Source: a virus. From it: a stretch of 64,000 bases of DNA. This document shows positions 53,836 through 63,590 of the stretch, piece after piece. Each line of letters starts with the position of its first letter. Within the stretch, counting starts at the first letter, position 1. Position numbers and translations under genes: made by a program. A model generated the notes under the pieces. That model was not told the origin of the DNA and searched no databases. It saw only the letters and a list, made by a program, of their open reading frames with translations. The stretch is from IMG/VR virus record IMGVR_UViG_3300020470_003428, positions 16,540 to 80,539 of that record; one strand, 5' to 3'.

Positions 53836-56154
53836 ATGGCAGCTTTTGCATCTCAGCAGCCCATCGATGGCCTAGCCGATACTAGTTATTACCAAGAAGA
53901 ACTCGACAGAATTAGAAAGCGTGGTAACTCTGTTGTGCAAAATACTCCTCAAGGAGTGGCTGGAGGAGATAATATGATTGGTGACTTTTTAGATTTTTAC
54001 AACAGACAGAAAAGTCCTATATACGATGGTCTAGGAAATCAAATAGGTTTTAATCATGGCTATGGTGTTGAGGAAAGATGGGATCCTCAGCAACCAGGTG
54101 ATGACAAATGGATTAGTGATGAAGAGTGGGAGCAAATAAGAAATGAACCTTCTCCTCCACCAGAGCAGCGATGGCCTAACTTACCAGGGGAAGACGTAGA
54201 TGTACCTCAACCAATAGATAAAGGACTACCCGGATTAATCAACCCTGTTGAGCCTCCAGGTAATATCGATCCAGTATCTCCAAGATCTGGATATGGTAGT
54301 CGGATTGGCGCAGATCCTGATTCTATGTTCACCATGGATTTCCAAGATCAAGATGGTGACGGCACAGACGACAGACATCAAAGAGGCCCAGGTCAGCCAT
54401 ATATAACTTGGGAAGATTCAACTCCTGAGGAGAGAGGTAAATTTGGTCGTACACCGGGTGGACGTGATTCTAGGATTGGTCCTCCACCAGGGGGATGGGA
54501 AGAAGATATCATGCCTCCTGGTTGGGGTGGTTCAGGAACGCCTCCAAGAAGAGGTGAAAGTGCGGAAGACTATAGACGACGTATGCAGGAGATACAAGAT
54601 AACTGGGATAATAGAAGAAGAGAAGAACAAGAAGGTCGTAGACCACCTAGATGGCGTGGTGACGATCAAATTGGTCCAGGGGATCCTAGACCTCCTGTGA
54701 GACCGGGCTTACCTCGTCCTCCTGAGCCAAGACCAAGACCAAAGCCACCTGGACCAAGACCACCTGAGCCAAGACCACCTATTCCTAGTCCTGAGCCAAG
54801 ACCACCTATTCCTAGTCCTGAGCCAAGACCACCTAGACCAGAGCCAAGACCACCAAGACCAGAGCCAAGACCACCTAGACCTGACGGTGAATATGGTGAC
54901 CTTGTGCCATTCCCTATGCCACCGAGTTGGGAAGGATGTCCTACTCCTGACCAGCAAATTTTGCTAGCTGATAAAAGCTTGATTTTTGCAGGGGAACTCC
55001 AAGTTGGCGACAAAGTGCATACGATGCACGAGACAACATTTGAAAGTGGTGACTATGAAGTTACTCATGTAAGTTTCCATGAGCAGCCTGTTTATCTTGT
55101 TAAATTTAGCGATGATCACGAAATTAGATGTTCCGCGAGTCATAAGCTTTATTCCGAAGATAAGGAAGCTTGGGTTTCTATTAAAGAGTTAGGTTCTGGG
55201 GAGAGAGTCTCTTTATATGACGGAGAGGTTGCCTTTATTTCAGCTGAATACACTGGTGATGAAAAGGTAGTCAAGATTACGGTTGAGGACGCTCATACCT
55301 ATATTTGTGAAGGTTTATTCTCTCATAACAAGACCTTAGCTCCTGAATCACATCCAGACCATCCTGACTACGGAAAAGATCCTTCTGAATGGGGCAATAA
55401 GCGTCCAAAAGACGAAGTAGCCATAGGACGTATGTATCAAGATTATCTAGGAAGGGACGCCGATAAAGAAGGATTTCAATATTGGTTAGATCAGGTACGT
55501 TCCGGTAATCAAAGCTTAGACCAAGTCGCTGCGAATATCAAAGCTTCTCCAGAGTCGGAAGACTACAGAGCTAGCAGACCTACTCCTGTTTCTTCGGGTG
55601 TAGGGGATGAGGATTACAGAGCCGTCAGCATTAGATATGCCGAGGGACATGAGCCTTCAGATGAGCAACATCGTATTAACCAGAAGAAATTCTGGGAGGA
55701 GATACAGGGACCAACTAGGCGATTTGGCGAGAAGAGAAACGAAGAAAGACAAAAACTCGCAGAAAAAACTCCAGCTGTACCTGAGGAAAGGAAAGAGGAG
55801 GCGAAGGAGAGAAGTAGGCAATGGCAGCAAGATCGTGGTCCTATCAGAAGAGAGGAAAGAGCACCTAAGCCAAACATAGGCAGAGATCCGGAAAGAAGAC
55901 CACGGATAGAGCCTTCTAGACCTGAGCCTTCTAGACCTAAACCTTCTAAGCCTAAGCCTTCTAGACCTGAACCTTCTAGACCTGAACCTAAGCGTGATTG
56001 GTTGGAAGCCGCCTATCAAGATAATCTTGGACGTGCCGCAGACAAGGGTGGAAGAGAATACTGGGCTAATGAAGTTGCATCCGGACGTCAGACTAAAGAA
56101 CAGGTGGTGGAAAACATTCGGAGATCAGACGAATACAAGAATAGGAATAGGTAG
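53836..56154 (+). CDS. Pro-rich protein with Hint domain and two DUF4214-like domains
   Basis: Hint from CPTPD (54937) to SHN (55329); YQDYLGR..D.EG..YW and YQDNLGR.AD..G..YW; PEPRP and EPSRP repeats. Confidence 0.8.
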   Translation: MAAFASQQPIDGLADTSYYQEELDRIRKRGNSVVQNTPQGVAGGDNMIGDFLDFYNRQKSPIYDGLGNQIGFNHGYGVEERWDPQQPGDDKWISDEEWEQIRNEPSPPPEQRWPNLPGEDVDVPQPIDKGLPGLINPVEPPGNIDPVSPRSGYGSRIGADPDSMFTMDFQDQDGDGTDDRHQRGPGQPYITWEDSTPEERGKFGRTPGGRDSRIGPPPGGWEEDIMPPGWGGSGTPPRRGESAEDYRRRMQEIQDNWDNRRREEQEGRRPPRWRGDDQIGPGDPRPPVRPGLPRPPEPRPRPKPPGPRPPEPRPPIPSPEPRPPIPSPEPRPPRPEPRPPRPEPRPPRPDGEYGDLVPFPMPPSWEGCPTPDQQILLADKSLIFAGELQVGDKVHTMHETTFESGDYEVTHVSFHEQPVYLVKFSDDHEIRCSASHKLYSEDKEAWVSIKELGSGERVSLYDGEVAFISAEYTGDEKVVKITVEDAHTYICEGLFSHNKTLAPESHPDHPDYGKDPSEWGNKRPKDEVAIGRMYQDYLGRDADKEGFQYWLDQVRSGNQSLDQVAANIKASPESEDYRASRPTPVSSGVGDEDYRAVSIRYAEGHEPSDEQHRINQKKFWEEIQGPTRRFGEKRNEERQKLAEKTPAVPEERKEEAKERSRQWQQDRGPIRREERAPKPNIGRDPERRPRIEPSRPEPSRPKPSKPKPSRPEPSRPEPKRDWLEAAYQDNLGRAADKGGREYWANEVASGRQTKEQVVENIRRSDEYKNRNR
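54700..54882 (+). repeat. PEPRPP coding tandem repeats
   Basis: cctgagccaagaccacct units including a 30-nt duplication. Confidence 0.85.
55908..55991 (+). repeat. EPSRP/KPSKP coding repeat (15-nt period)
   Basis: gagccttctagacct units. Confidence 0.85.
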
Positions 56155-56186
56155 ACTGAATTCATTAGTAGTCAATTAGACGTCTC

Positions 56187-56822
56187 ATGAGTTCAGCAGC
56201 TAATAGCGGCATCAGTAGAGTTGGCCAGCAAGGGCAGCAAGCGGTCGACCAATGGAAAAATTACGTTCCTCAAAATACTGGTGCCAGTATGGTCAACCAA
56301 GGAATGGGTGCTCTTACTTCTTGGGGATTAGCTAATCCTGGTAATGAAACTATTGGAGCTTATATATCTGGTGCGAATTTAGATCTTGGGTATACCTTGG
56401 CTCGCATGGGCTTAGCTTCTCAATATCAGAATGATCAGTTGAATAATATGGCAAGGTATTCAGGTATGATGGATAACCTGCATACAGGAAATACATTGAA
56501 GTTGATGGCAGGAGAAGGAGATATAGCTAGAACTTTAATGCGCGAGCAAGGCAGATTAGGTGACAGACAACTAGGGGTGATAGGTGATCAAGACAGAAGA
56601 ACTCTTCGTGTAGCAGGACAAGAGAAGAGACTGCAGTCTCAAGAAGAAGGTTCCCAAACAAGAATGAATTACATGGGTCAAGGTTTGCAGAACAGGATGC
56701 AAGCTAAGACAGAAGGAGAGGAAGACCGTAAGACACAAAGAGATAGATATAACGAAGAGAGAAAGATGAGAGCAGATGCTCGGGGAGCTATTCGTTCTTC
56801 AGGTGCAAGATTTTTTGGTTGA
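56187..56822 (+). CDS. putative ejection/pilot-like protein
   Basis: Gln/Gly-rich; 11-residue G..xR periodicity in the C-terminal half. Confidence 0.7.
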   Translation: MSSAANSGISRVGQQGQQAVDQWKNYVPQNTGASMVNQGMGALTSWGLANPGNETIGAYISGANLDLGYTLARMGLASQYQNDQLNNMARYSGMMDNLHTGNTLKLMAGEGDIARTLMREQGRLGDRQLGVIGDQDRRTLRVAGQEKRLQSQEEGSQTRMNYMGQGLQNRMQAKTEGEEDRKTQRDRYNEERKMRADARGAIRSSGARFFG

Positions 56823-56866
56823 TATTTTCTGAAAAATCCTAGGGGAACTTGTAGACTCGTATAAAA

Positions 56867-57376
56867 ATGGTAGTTAAAACAGAAGGACCTGTTAATTCCT
56901 TTCTCGTATCTTTAGAGCAAGACAGAAGAGAAGCATTTACGACTTATGTAGAGAATACATATTCAATTTATGAAATATGGCTTTACGCAAATGTTTTAGG
57001 TTATACAGGTGGTTTTACTGCTCTTGATAAATGGGTACTTCAGAATTACCCAAAACTCAATAGACGTGAATTAATGTTGGCTGAGATTGTCAAATTAGAA
57101 GCTGATATCGATTATTTAAGGCAACAAGTGCAAGCTGATATTGTGAAACCAGATGCTGCAGCTACTCGTATTGCTCATTTATCTAAAGAATTAAGAGGTC
57201 ATGTTGTCGAGGTAGAAAAGATGACACGAGGTACAGATCGTCGAGGCTTAGTATTGGCGGGTGCTGACAAAGTGATGCGTGAATTAAAATCAATATTCAA
57301 GGGTAATGATGATGTCGTTAATGCTCTTGAATTAGCTTACGAATCTGTTTGGGCAGCTTTAGCTGAGGAGAAGTAA
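56867..57376 (+). CDS. helical protein, possible terminase small subunit
   Basis: 169-aa helical ORF near TerL; function inferred from position only. Confidence 0.5.
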   Translation: MVVKTEGPVNSFLVSLEQDRREAFTTYVENTYSIYEIWLYANVLGYTGGFTALDKWVLQNYPKLNRRELMLAEIVKLEADIDYLRQQVQADIVKPDAAATRIAHLSKELRGHVVEVEKMTRGTDRRGLVLAGADKVMRELKSIFKGNDDVVNALELAYESVWAALAEEK

Positions 57377-57402
57377 CCTAATCTGAAGTTCATCGCAATT
57401 AG

Positions 57403-57687
57403 ATGACGGAAGAAAAAATCAGGGAAATCTTGCCGCACTTGTGTTACACCAAGGAAGAAGTAGATCTTCTATTGGATGATGCCGTAGCAAAAGCACGAGC
57501 AATTGATGAATTATCGATGAAAAAACATAATCGGAATGCAACTATTATTAGTATGATTTTGGGTTTCCTTTGTTTAGCATTGTTCTTGGATGGTTTATTA
57601 AGGATCTTAGGAATTATTCCACCCTTTTTAGGACTAGATGTGAATATAATTGATCAGATAGTCGATAAGGTGAAACATGCTCGATGA
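57403..57687 (+). CDS. cyanophage membrane protein
   Basis: HNRNATIISMILGF...DGLLRILGIIPPF. Confidence 0.7.
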   Translation: MTEEKIREILPHLCYTKEEVDLLLDDAVAKARAIDELSMKKHNRNATIISMILGFLCLALFLDGLLRILGIIPPFLGLDVNIIDQIVDKVKHAR

Positions 57688-58327
57688 CAAAACATACGAA
57701 GAACTAGCCGCAATGAAAGGTGCTGCTCGACGAATAGGTTATTTGCCGCTATTTCCATCCTTGGTTTACAAGTATGAAATGCCTCCTGCTCTCTTAGAAG
57801 AGATGCAAGAGCATGTTAAAGATATTGAAGGAACCAGCATTGACGTGATGTCTAATCCAAAATTTGATCTGTTGAAGCGTTGTGTTCAAATCTCTTGCGA
57901 TACCTGCGTTCCTTCCACTGATAAAACAGGAGAGTGGAAAGCTGTTACAGGTTGGATTAATAATCAAAAACCTGACGAGGATGGTTTTGGTTTTCACGGG
58001 CATTGTGATTCCTTCATGTCTTCTGTTGCTTACTTGGCAGGTGAAAATATTCAAATTCTTTTTCGTGATAGCCCGAAAACTACTGAGATTGCTTCCAACG
58101 AAAACAGGAGTAATTATGACTTATTAGTGAGGCATACTTGGTATGGAGATGAGGTGGTAGACGTCAAGCCAGGTGATATCTTGTATTTTCCTAGTTATTT
58201 ACTACATAAACAGGCCAAGAATACTGGATCAACAAATAGAGTGAGTGTTGCGTACAATATTGTGCCAGATAGAAGACCTCCTTCTCCAGATGCCAGAGCA
58301 CCTTGGTTTGTGCAATTTGAAATTTAA
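57677..58327 (+). CDS. 2OG-Fe(II) oxygenase (TIGR02466-like)
   Basis: WIN...HGH...FPSYLLH...RVSVAYN. Confidence 0.85.
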   Translation: MLDDKTYEELAAMKGAARRIGYLPLFPSLVYKYEMPPALLEEMQEHVKDIEGTSIDVMSNPKFDLLKRCVQISCDTCVPSTDKTGEWKAVTGWINNQKPDEDGFGFHGHCDSFMSSVAYLAGENIQILFRDSPKTTEIASNENRSNYDLLVRHTWYGDEVVDVKPGDILYFPSYLLHKQAKNTGSTNRVSVAYNIVPDRRPPSPDARAPWFVQFEI

Positions 58328-58360
58328 CTTACTATATTGAGTTAACACTGATTCCAATGG

Positions 58361-58594
58361 ATGAAAAAAGAAGAAGAAAATGCTCGTGTACCTATCCCTA
58401 TTTATGACCTATTAGATGCTTGCTGTGCTTTGCATGGAGGACTAGAACTAGATAAATTTGAAGATAAAAATTATTCCCTAAAACATGCATTGAATTTGTT
58501 CTTTGGTTACATGACCCCAGAAGCAAAGGCTGAATTTAATCAATGGGTGGAGAGAAAAGGATGGAAGAAGAAAGAGAGAATCATCCTGTCTTAA
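58361..58594 (+). CDS. hypothetical protein
   Basis: 77-aa ORF. Confidence 0.6.
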   Translation: MKKEEENARVPIPIYDLLDACCALHGGLELDKFEDKNYSLKHALNLFFGYMTPEAKAEFNQWVERKGWKKKERIILS

Positions 58595-58620
58595 TAGTGA
58601 ATAACACTTAGACTAGCTTT

Positions 58621-60153
58621 ATGCCTAATGCTTCTATATCCCTTGCACGTAGACGTAGTGCTCAGTTAGCAGCACAATCGATTAAGGCGAAACCAGAAGC
58701 TGTTGTTACCCCACCTCACGTTCTAAAGGCTAGGAATAATTTTGCCTATTTTTGTGAATTAATGGGTAAGAAACCCGCAAAGCATATGCGGGAGTGGCAT
58801 AAACAGATACTAACTGGAGAAAGTAACGAGCATTTGCTCGATATCGCGGGTCCCAACACTTGTCTATTAAGTCCACGAGGTAGTGCTAAGTCTACTGTTA
58901 TAGGACTATTAATAGCATGGCTGATAGGTAGGCATGCGGAAGCAGGGAAACTTTTAAGAACTCTCTATGTTTCTTATAACGTGGATGTTGCAAGGAATAA
59001 AAGTGCAGCAATTAAAAATTTGATATCTAATAAAGAGTATCAAGAGGTTTTCCCTAAAGTTCGATTATCTAAGCATCGAACAAGTGATGAGCTATGGTCG
59101 ATTGATTTTGAACATGCAGGGGTAGACATTAGAGGAGAAGATGCTTTTACTGTTGCTTGTGCAGGATTAAAAGGAACAATTACTTCCAAGCGAAGTTCTT
59201 TGATTATTGTTGATGACGCAATTAAAAGTGCTGCTGCGATTGCTAATCCAGACATCCGAAGAGAGATGGAATCGAACTGGACTAACGTTATTGTTCCCAC
59301 CATGTTCCAAGGTGCAAGAGCTATTGCACTAGGAACTCGTTTCCATTTTGATGATTTATTTACAACGATTTTTTGTGAGAAGAGAGGATGGAAAGTTATC
59401 ACTCAACAAGCGTTAAGTTACGACGATAATGGAACCCCTAAATCTTATTGGGGGTCAATGTGGTCGGTAAGTTATTTATTAAAACTTCAATCGGAAGACC
59501 GAATTGCTTTTTCTTATCAATATTTAAATCAACCAATCAAGACAACAGAGCTTGGCCTATCTCCAGAGTTGTTTATTAAAGGAGAGGTTCCTGATACTTA
59601 CGACACGATTGGTGTCGGTATTGATTTATCTGCAGGGATGAGTGAACGTAATGATTGGACTGTCTTTGTTTTGGCTGGGAGAGTAGAAGACAAGGTCTAT
59701 ATCATTGATTACAAGAGAATGAGATCAATGGGGAATATCGAGAAAATAGAGGCTTTAGCGGAATTATTAGTCGAATGGAATTTACTTGGAATGAATGATG
59801 AAGGACAATTTTTCAAGACTGAATCACCTGTTGTTATATGGCCTGAGATTGTTGCTTATCAGAAAAGTTTTGAAGGTGATTTAAAACGAATTCTTTTCAA
59901 TGAATGGCAGCTGTATAATTTAACTGTGAGTCCTGTCAAGGGTTTTCGTGGCGATAAACTCGCTCGTCTTAGAGGAATTATCGGTTTATTCCAAGGCAAG
60001 AAGATTATCTTCAATAAATACAGAGATTTTTCTTACATGGTTGACGAGGTTGTGAATTTCGGTCACGCATCACATGATGATTGTGCTGATGCTTTAAATA
60101 TCGTGGTGCAAGGTCTCATGAAACGAGGCGGTGCGCAGATCCAATGGCAGTAA
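58621..60153 (+). CDS. terL: terminase large subunit
   Basis: PRGSAKST Walker A, IIVDD Walker B, GTR, GIDL and HDDCADA nuclease motifs. Confidence 0.9.
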   Translation: MPNASISLARRRSAQLAAQSIKAKPEAVVTPPHVLKARNNFAYFCELMGKKPAKHMREWHKQILTGESNEHLLDIAGPNTCLLSPRGSAKSTVIGLLIAWLIGRHAEAGKLLRTLYVSYNVDVARNKSAAIKNLISNKEYQEVFPKVRLSKHRTSDELWSIDFEHAGVDIRGEDAFTVACAGLKGTITSKRSSLIIVDDAIKSAAAIANPDIRREMESNWTNVIVPTMFQGARAIALGTRFHFDDLFTTIFCEKRGWKVITQQALSYDDNGTPKSYWGSMWSVSYLLKLQSEDRIAFSYQYLNQPIKTTELGLSPELFIKGEVPDTYDTIGVGIDLSAGMSERNDWTVFVLAGRVEDKVYIIDYKRMRSMGNIEKIEALAELLVEWNLLGMNDEGQFFKTESPVVIWPEIVAYQKSFEGDLKRILFNEWQLYNLTVSPVKGFRGDKLARLRGIIGLFQGKKIIFNKYRDFSYMVDEVVNFGHASHDDCADALNIVVQGLMKRGGAQIQWQ

Positions 60154-60162
60154 GATTAAGAA

Positions 60163-62400
60163 ATGAGTAACCCATCTAACGAGAGATACCGTCAGATCCT
60201 AGAAGCTGCTAGGAAGCGTGATGGAAGCAGTGGCACTGACACGATGGTTGTCAATAGTCACTTAGCTCAGATGAAGCTTTTCATGCTGAGACAAGGAATT
60301 GAATTTTTCCCTGCACAAGATACATTTGGCTTTAGAAAAATATTCATTCAACAATTAGTTGAAGAGAATGAAATTGATAGCAGGTTAGAAGGAATTGTTG
60401 ATGATTTCTTACTAGATGGTAAAGGGTTATTTTATTTCAGACCTGTAGACGATACATATAGGTTGATGTGGTTCAGCAAAGAGAACTACAGAGCTTACTA
60501 TGACGCTCAGTCTCAGTTAGAAGAGATTGAACTGATTTATTCTTTCTCTGTGCGTAGTGGCACAGGAGCGCTAGCTATACCTACAGCAGATAATGGCAGC
60601 ACAAGATATGTCAAATTACAAGTTAGACGCGATACGATCAAAGAATCAATAACAACTGAAAGACCTTCTTTCGAAGCAGGACAAACTAACAGCTTTACTT
60701 GGTCTCCTAATCAAACAAGGACTTTGGTCAACAGCCTTGGATTTATCCCTGCGGTTGAAGCCTTTAACACAATGCGTTCTACAGGAATGGACGCAACAGG
60801 TGATTTTGATTGGTTGTCTGAGCAGATTGTATTGCATGATGATTTAGTTAAAAATATTCGTACAAACATTACGTTCTTTGGTAATCCAACCTTAGTTTCT
60901 AGTAGACCTAAACATGATCTAGTCGAATCAGGATCTGAAGAAGGTTTAAGACCAACAATTAGTTCTCAGGCAGGATTCTACTCAGCAAGTAGACCATCGA
61001 CTCGTGTAAGTGAACCTGGACCAAGTGGTGGTGGTGGATCCTTAAAAGTTCCTCGGATCATTGCCAATGTTGAACCGACTGACCGGGCTGTTTACTTAAC
61101 TCCTGATGCCGTTTCTGGTGATCAGAATTTATATGCACGTCAATATCGAGAGGAATTAAGAACCGCAATGGGCGGAGTAGATGAGCTAGGAATTAGTTCT
61201 GGAGCAACAGCCTACGAAATTAAATCTTTATATGGTCGAGCAGCTACAACGGCTACACGTCGATGCAAGGGGTTATTGACATACGGATTATGTAAATTAT
61301 TTGGTTTAATTATTTATCACGAAGAAAAAATCTTCCGTGATTCCTTCGCTATGGCGATAGGGATGAAAAGGCCGGCGCCACCTATCGAAGAGAACTTCCA
61401 ACCAGGAGAAGACTACGACAAAGCAGTAGGAGCTTTTCAGGAACAAGAGAAAGCATACGACGAACAACTAGAATTAGCCATCCGAGAAGCAGTCCAGTCC
61501 ACTGAACTTCCTCCGGGTGTTGTCGGTTTAATCCCCGACGGCAACAGGAAGATTGAGTGGAGATGGAAGGGTCCAGTCTTTGAGGACGGCACAGAGGATA
61601 TACTGAATTCAAGTATTGTGGTTCGTAACCTACAAGAACTCGGTGTTAACAGCATCGAAGCGTTGCGTTACCTCTTCCCTGACAAAACAGATGAAGAGAG
61701 AAGTGCAATGCTTAGTGGCTATCCATTTAGAATGGCTCAAGCCACCCAAAGCAGTATTGGACAATTCTTGGCGCTGATAAATGACATGCGTCAAACCCCT
61801 CATCCTCAGGCCCCAGATCTACCGCTTTTGGCAGATCCTAAACTTGACTTAACACCCTACGTCTATAGGGCATTCGAATTTTTAAAGAGAGAACTAACTT
61901 ATGCAGGACAGTATTCAGACACAACAGGCTCCGGCGACCCAACAGAACTCGATACCATCGAGCGCGCCCGTTCCGAACGCGGCTTACCAGCAAGCTCCGG
62001 CCCAGACCGCCCAAGTTTCGTACCAGACACCTTCGGAACAATCGGTTCAGGCGGTGGCACCCCAGGTTCAGGCACCCCAGCCACAGGCTCCGGTCCAGGA
62101 GGTCAATCCATGGCAGGAGGCGTTCAAGAGCCTCAGCGACAGTTTGAGCGCAACGCAGACCTCCCAGCCCCAGGCAGCTTACTCAACTCCGACCCCACAA
62201 CAACCGCAGACAAGCAGCTTTCCCTCTCAGGTTCAGCAATACCAAGCGGCTCCGTCCGTTTCGGGGATGCAGACTTATCAGCCCCAAGCAACGCCGGCGT
62301 ACTCCCCGACCCAGCAGGTACAGGCGCAGCCCTCGACACAGCAAGGAGCAACACAAGGCGGAGACGGGTATCTAGACAACGTCAGCAACGAAAGTCTTGA
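60163..62400 (+). CDS. portal protein (putative)
   Basis: 745-aa ORF directly after TerL; portal-like size and helical C-terminal region; low-complexity tail. Confidence 0.65.
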   Translation: MSNPSNERYRQILEAARKRDGSSGTDTMVVNSHLAQMKLFMLRQGIEFFPAQDTFGFRKIFIQQLVEENEIDSRLEGIVDDFLLDGKGLFYFRPVDDTYRLMWFSKENYRAYYDAQSQLEEIELIYSFSVRSGTGALAIPTADNGSTRYVKLQVRRDTIKESITTERPSFEAGQTNSFTWSPNQTRTLVNSLGFIPAVEAFNTMRSTGMDATGDFDWLSEQIVLHDDLVKNIRTNITFFGNPTLVSSRPKHDLVESGSEEGLRPTISSQAGFYSASRPSTRVSEPGPSGGGGSLKVPRIIANVEPTDRAVYLTPDAVSGDQNLYARQYREELRTAMGGVDELGISSGATAYEIKSLYGRAATTATRRCKGLLTYGLCKLFGLIIYHEEKIFRDSFAMAIGMKRPAPPIEENFQPGEDYDKAVGAFQEQEKAYDEQLELAIREAVQSTELPPGVVGLIPDGNRKIEWRWKGPVFEDGTEDILNSSIVVRNLQELGVNSIEALRYLFPDKTDEERSAMLSGYPFRMAQATQSSIGQFLALINDMRQTPHPQAPDLPLLADPKLDLTPYVYRAFEFLKRELTYAGQYSDTTGSGDPTELDTIERARSERGLPASSGPDRPSFVPDTFGTIGSGGGTPGSGTPATGSGPGGQSMAGGVQEPQRQFERNADLPAPGSLLNSDPTTTADKQLSLSGSAIPSGSVRFGDADLSAPSNAGVLPDPAGTGAALDTARSNTRRRRVSRQRQQRKS

Positions 62401-62965
62401 AGTTCTTCAGCACTTCGGAGCAGAAGCACCAGCACTTTTAAATAGATATGCATGCACCGTTGAGGATGCACTTCTTCAGCAGGCAAATCAAACTCAGGAA
62501 GCGTTCCAAAGAATTAATACCTTAGCCAAGAACGTCGAAGGAGCTAAGAAAGTTGTTGATGCTGCAGCCGCAGATAATGCTGCATACCATACAATGCTGA
62601 CTAACCCTGACCTACTCTCTGAGTACGTTAACGAGTTCTTCGGTCCTAATGGTCCTCATCCTGTAGAGATAGCTCAGGATCGTCTAGCAGCAGAAGTTGC
62701 AGCGAACGAAGCAAAGATGGGAATTACTCAGGCTCCTGCTCCTCAGGCTCCTGCCCCTCAAGCTCCTGCTGGACAAACTCCAACTCAACAGTTCCAGCGT
62801 CCTCAGATCGATATGCCTAACCCAGGCGTACAAGCTCCTCAAAACGGAGATTTCTGGGCAGAGTTCTCTAACTTGAGTGATAAGAACCCAGCAGCTGCAT
62901 GGCAGGCTTTGAGTTCAGCTACTCCAGATCAACTACGTAGCAAGCTTCTCGTTTCAGAAGGCTAA
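61901..62965 (+). CDS. capsid scaffolding-like protein
   Basis: Gln/Pro-rich N-terminus, helical core; follows portal; ends before a terminator. Confidence 0.6.
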   Translation: MQDSIQTQQAPATQQNSIPSSAPVPNAAYQQAPAQTAQVSYQTPSEQSVQAVAPQVQAPQPQAPVQEVNPWQEAFKSLSDSLSATQTSQPQAAYSTPTPQQPQTSSFPSQVQQYQAAPSVSGMQTYQPQATPAYSPTQQVQAQPSTQQGATQGGDGYLDNVSNESLEVLQHFGAEAPALLNRYACTVEDALLQQANQTQEAFQRINTLAKNVEGAKKVVDAAAADNAAYHTMLTNPDLLSEYVNEFFGPNGPHPVEIAQDRLAAEVAANEAKMGITQAPAPQAPAPQAPAGQTPTQQFQRPQIDMPNPGVQAPQNGDFWAEFSNLSDKNPAAAWQALSSATPDQLRSKLLVSEG

Positions 62966-62978
62966 ATAAGAAACACAA

Positions 62979-63013
62979 GAATCCACTGCCTGTAAGGGTG
63001 GTGGATTTTTTTT
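62979..63013 (+). terminator. intrinsic terminator
   Basis: AAUCCACUGCC/GGUGGUGGAUU stem plus U-run. Confidence 0.8.
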
Positions 63014-63030
63014 GTGTCTACAATGTAGAA

Positions 63031-63504
63031 ATGAGATATGCAAGCGTACCAGCCGTTCAATCCTTAGACGATTTGATGGGATCTGGCCCCTCTTTTGTTA
63101 GTAGTCTTCCTGTCGCAGACTGGGAAGCTATTGATAGAGATTTGGATGGTTTATGGAGAGATGCGAAAAGGGAAGAAGAAGAGGAAGTTATAGCTGATCC
63201 AGATCCGATAGTAGAAGAAGATAAGGAGCCTGAAAAAACTCCAGGTAGGCTTTTCACTGAAAAGTTATATGGAGGTGAGCCTATGACAGATATGGAATTA
63301 AAAGCAAGAATGAAATTTAACCCAGCCACTACTCCAGAGGATTATGCAAGAGCATTCGGTAAGTGCAGAACTACGAGAAGTAGCGATAAGCATGAGAGTA
63401 TTCCAAGCGATTGTTATTTCCCTGAAGAGAGTGGTTTAAGTATGGGTGATTTCACTGGAAGCCGCAACAGAGGCAGGGTAGGAGGTCGAGGTACTGGTAG
63501 GTAG
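63031..63504 (+). CDS. hypothetical acidic protein
   Basis: Start reassigned to ATG 63031. Confidence 0.6.
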   Translation: MRYASVPAVQSLDDLMGSGPSFVSSLPVADWEAIDRDLDGLWRDAKREEEEEVIADPDPIVEEDKEPEKTPGRLFTEKLYGGEPMTDMELKARMKFNPATTPEDYARAFGKCRTTRSSDKHESIPSDCYFPEESGLSMGDFTGSRNRGRVGGRGTGR

Positions 63505-63590
63505 GTAAACAAAACTTATACGGCTGATAGATATAGCTAATATTCCGAATTGCTAACATTAGATCTGAGTCTTTATTGACTCTATAAATA

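Noticed and set aside
54937-55329. Canonical splicing intein or mobile element
   Set aside because: The +1 residue is Lys and there is no homing endonuclease; treated as a cleaving Hint domain.
54443-56179. Gly/Trp/Arg-rich shadow ORFs over the Pro-rich gene, and similar antisense ORFs elsewhere
   Set aside because: Off-frame or antisense by-products of repeats within well-supported genes.
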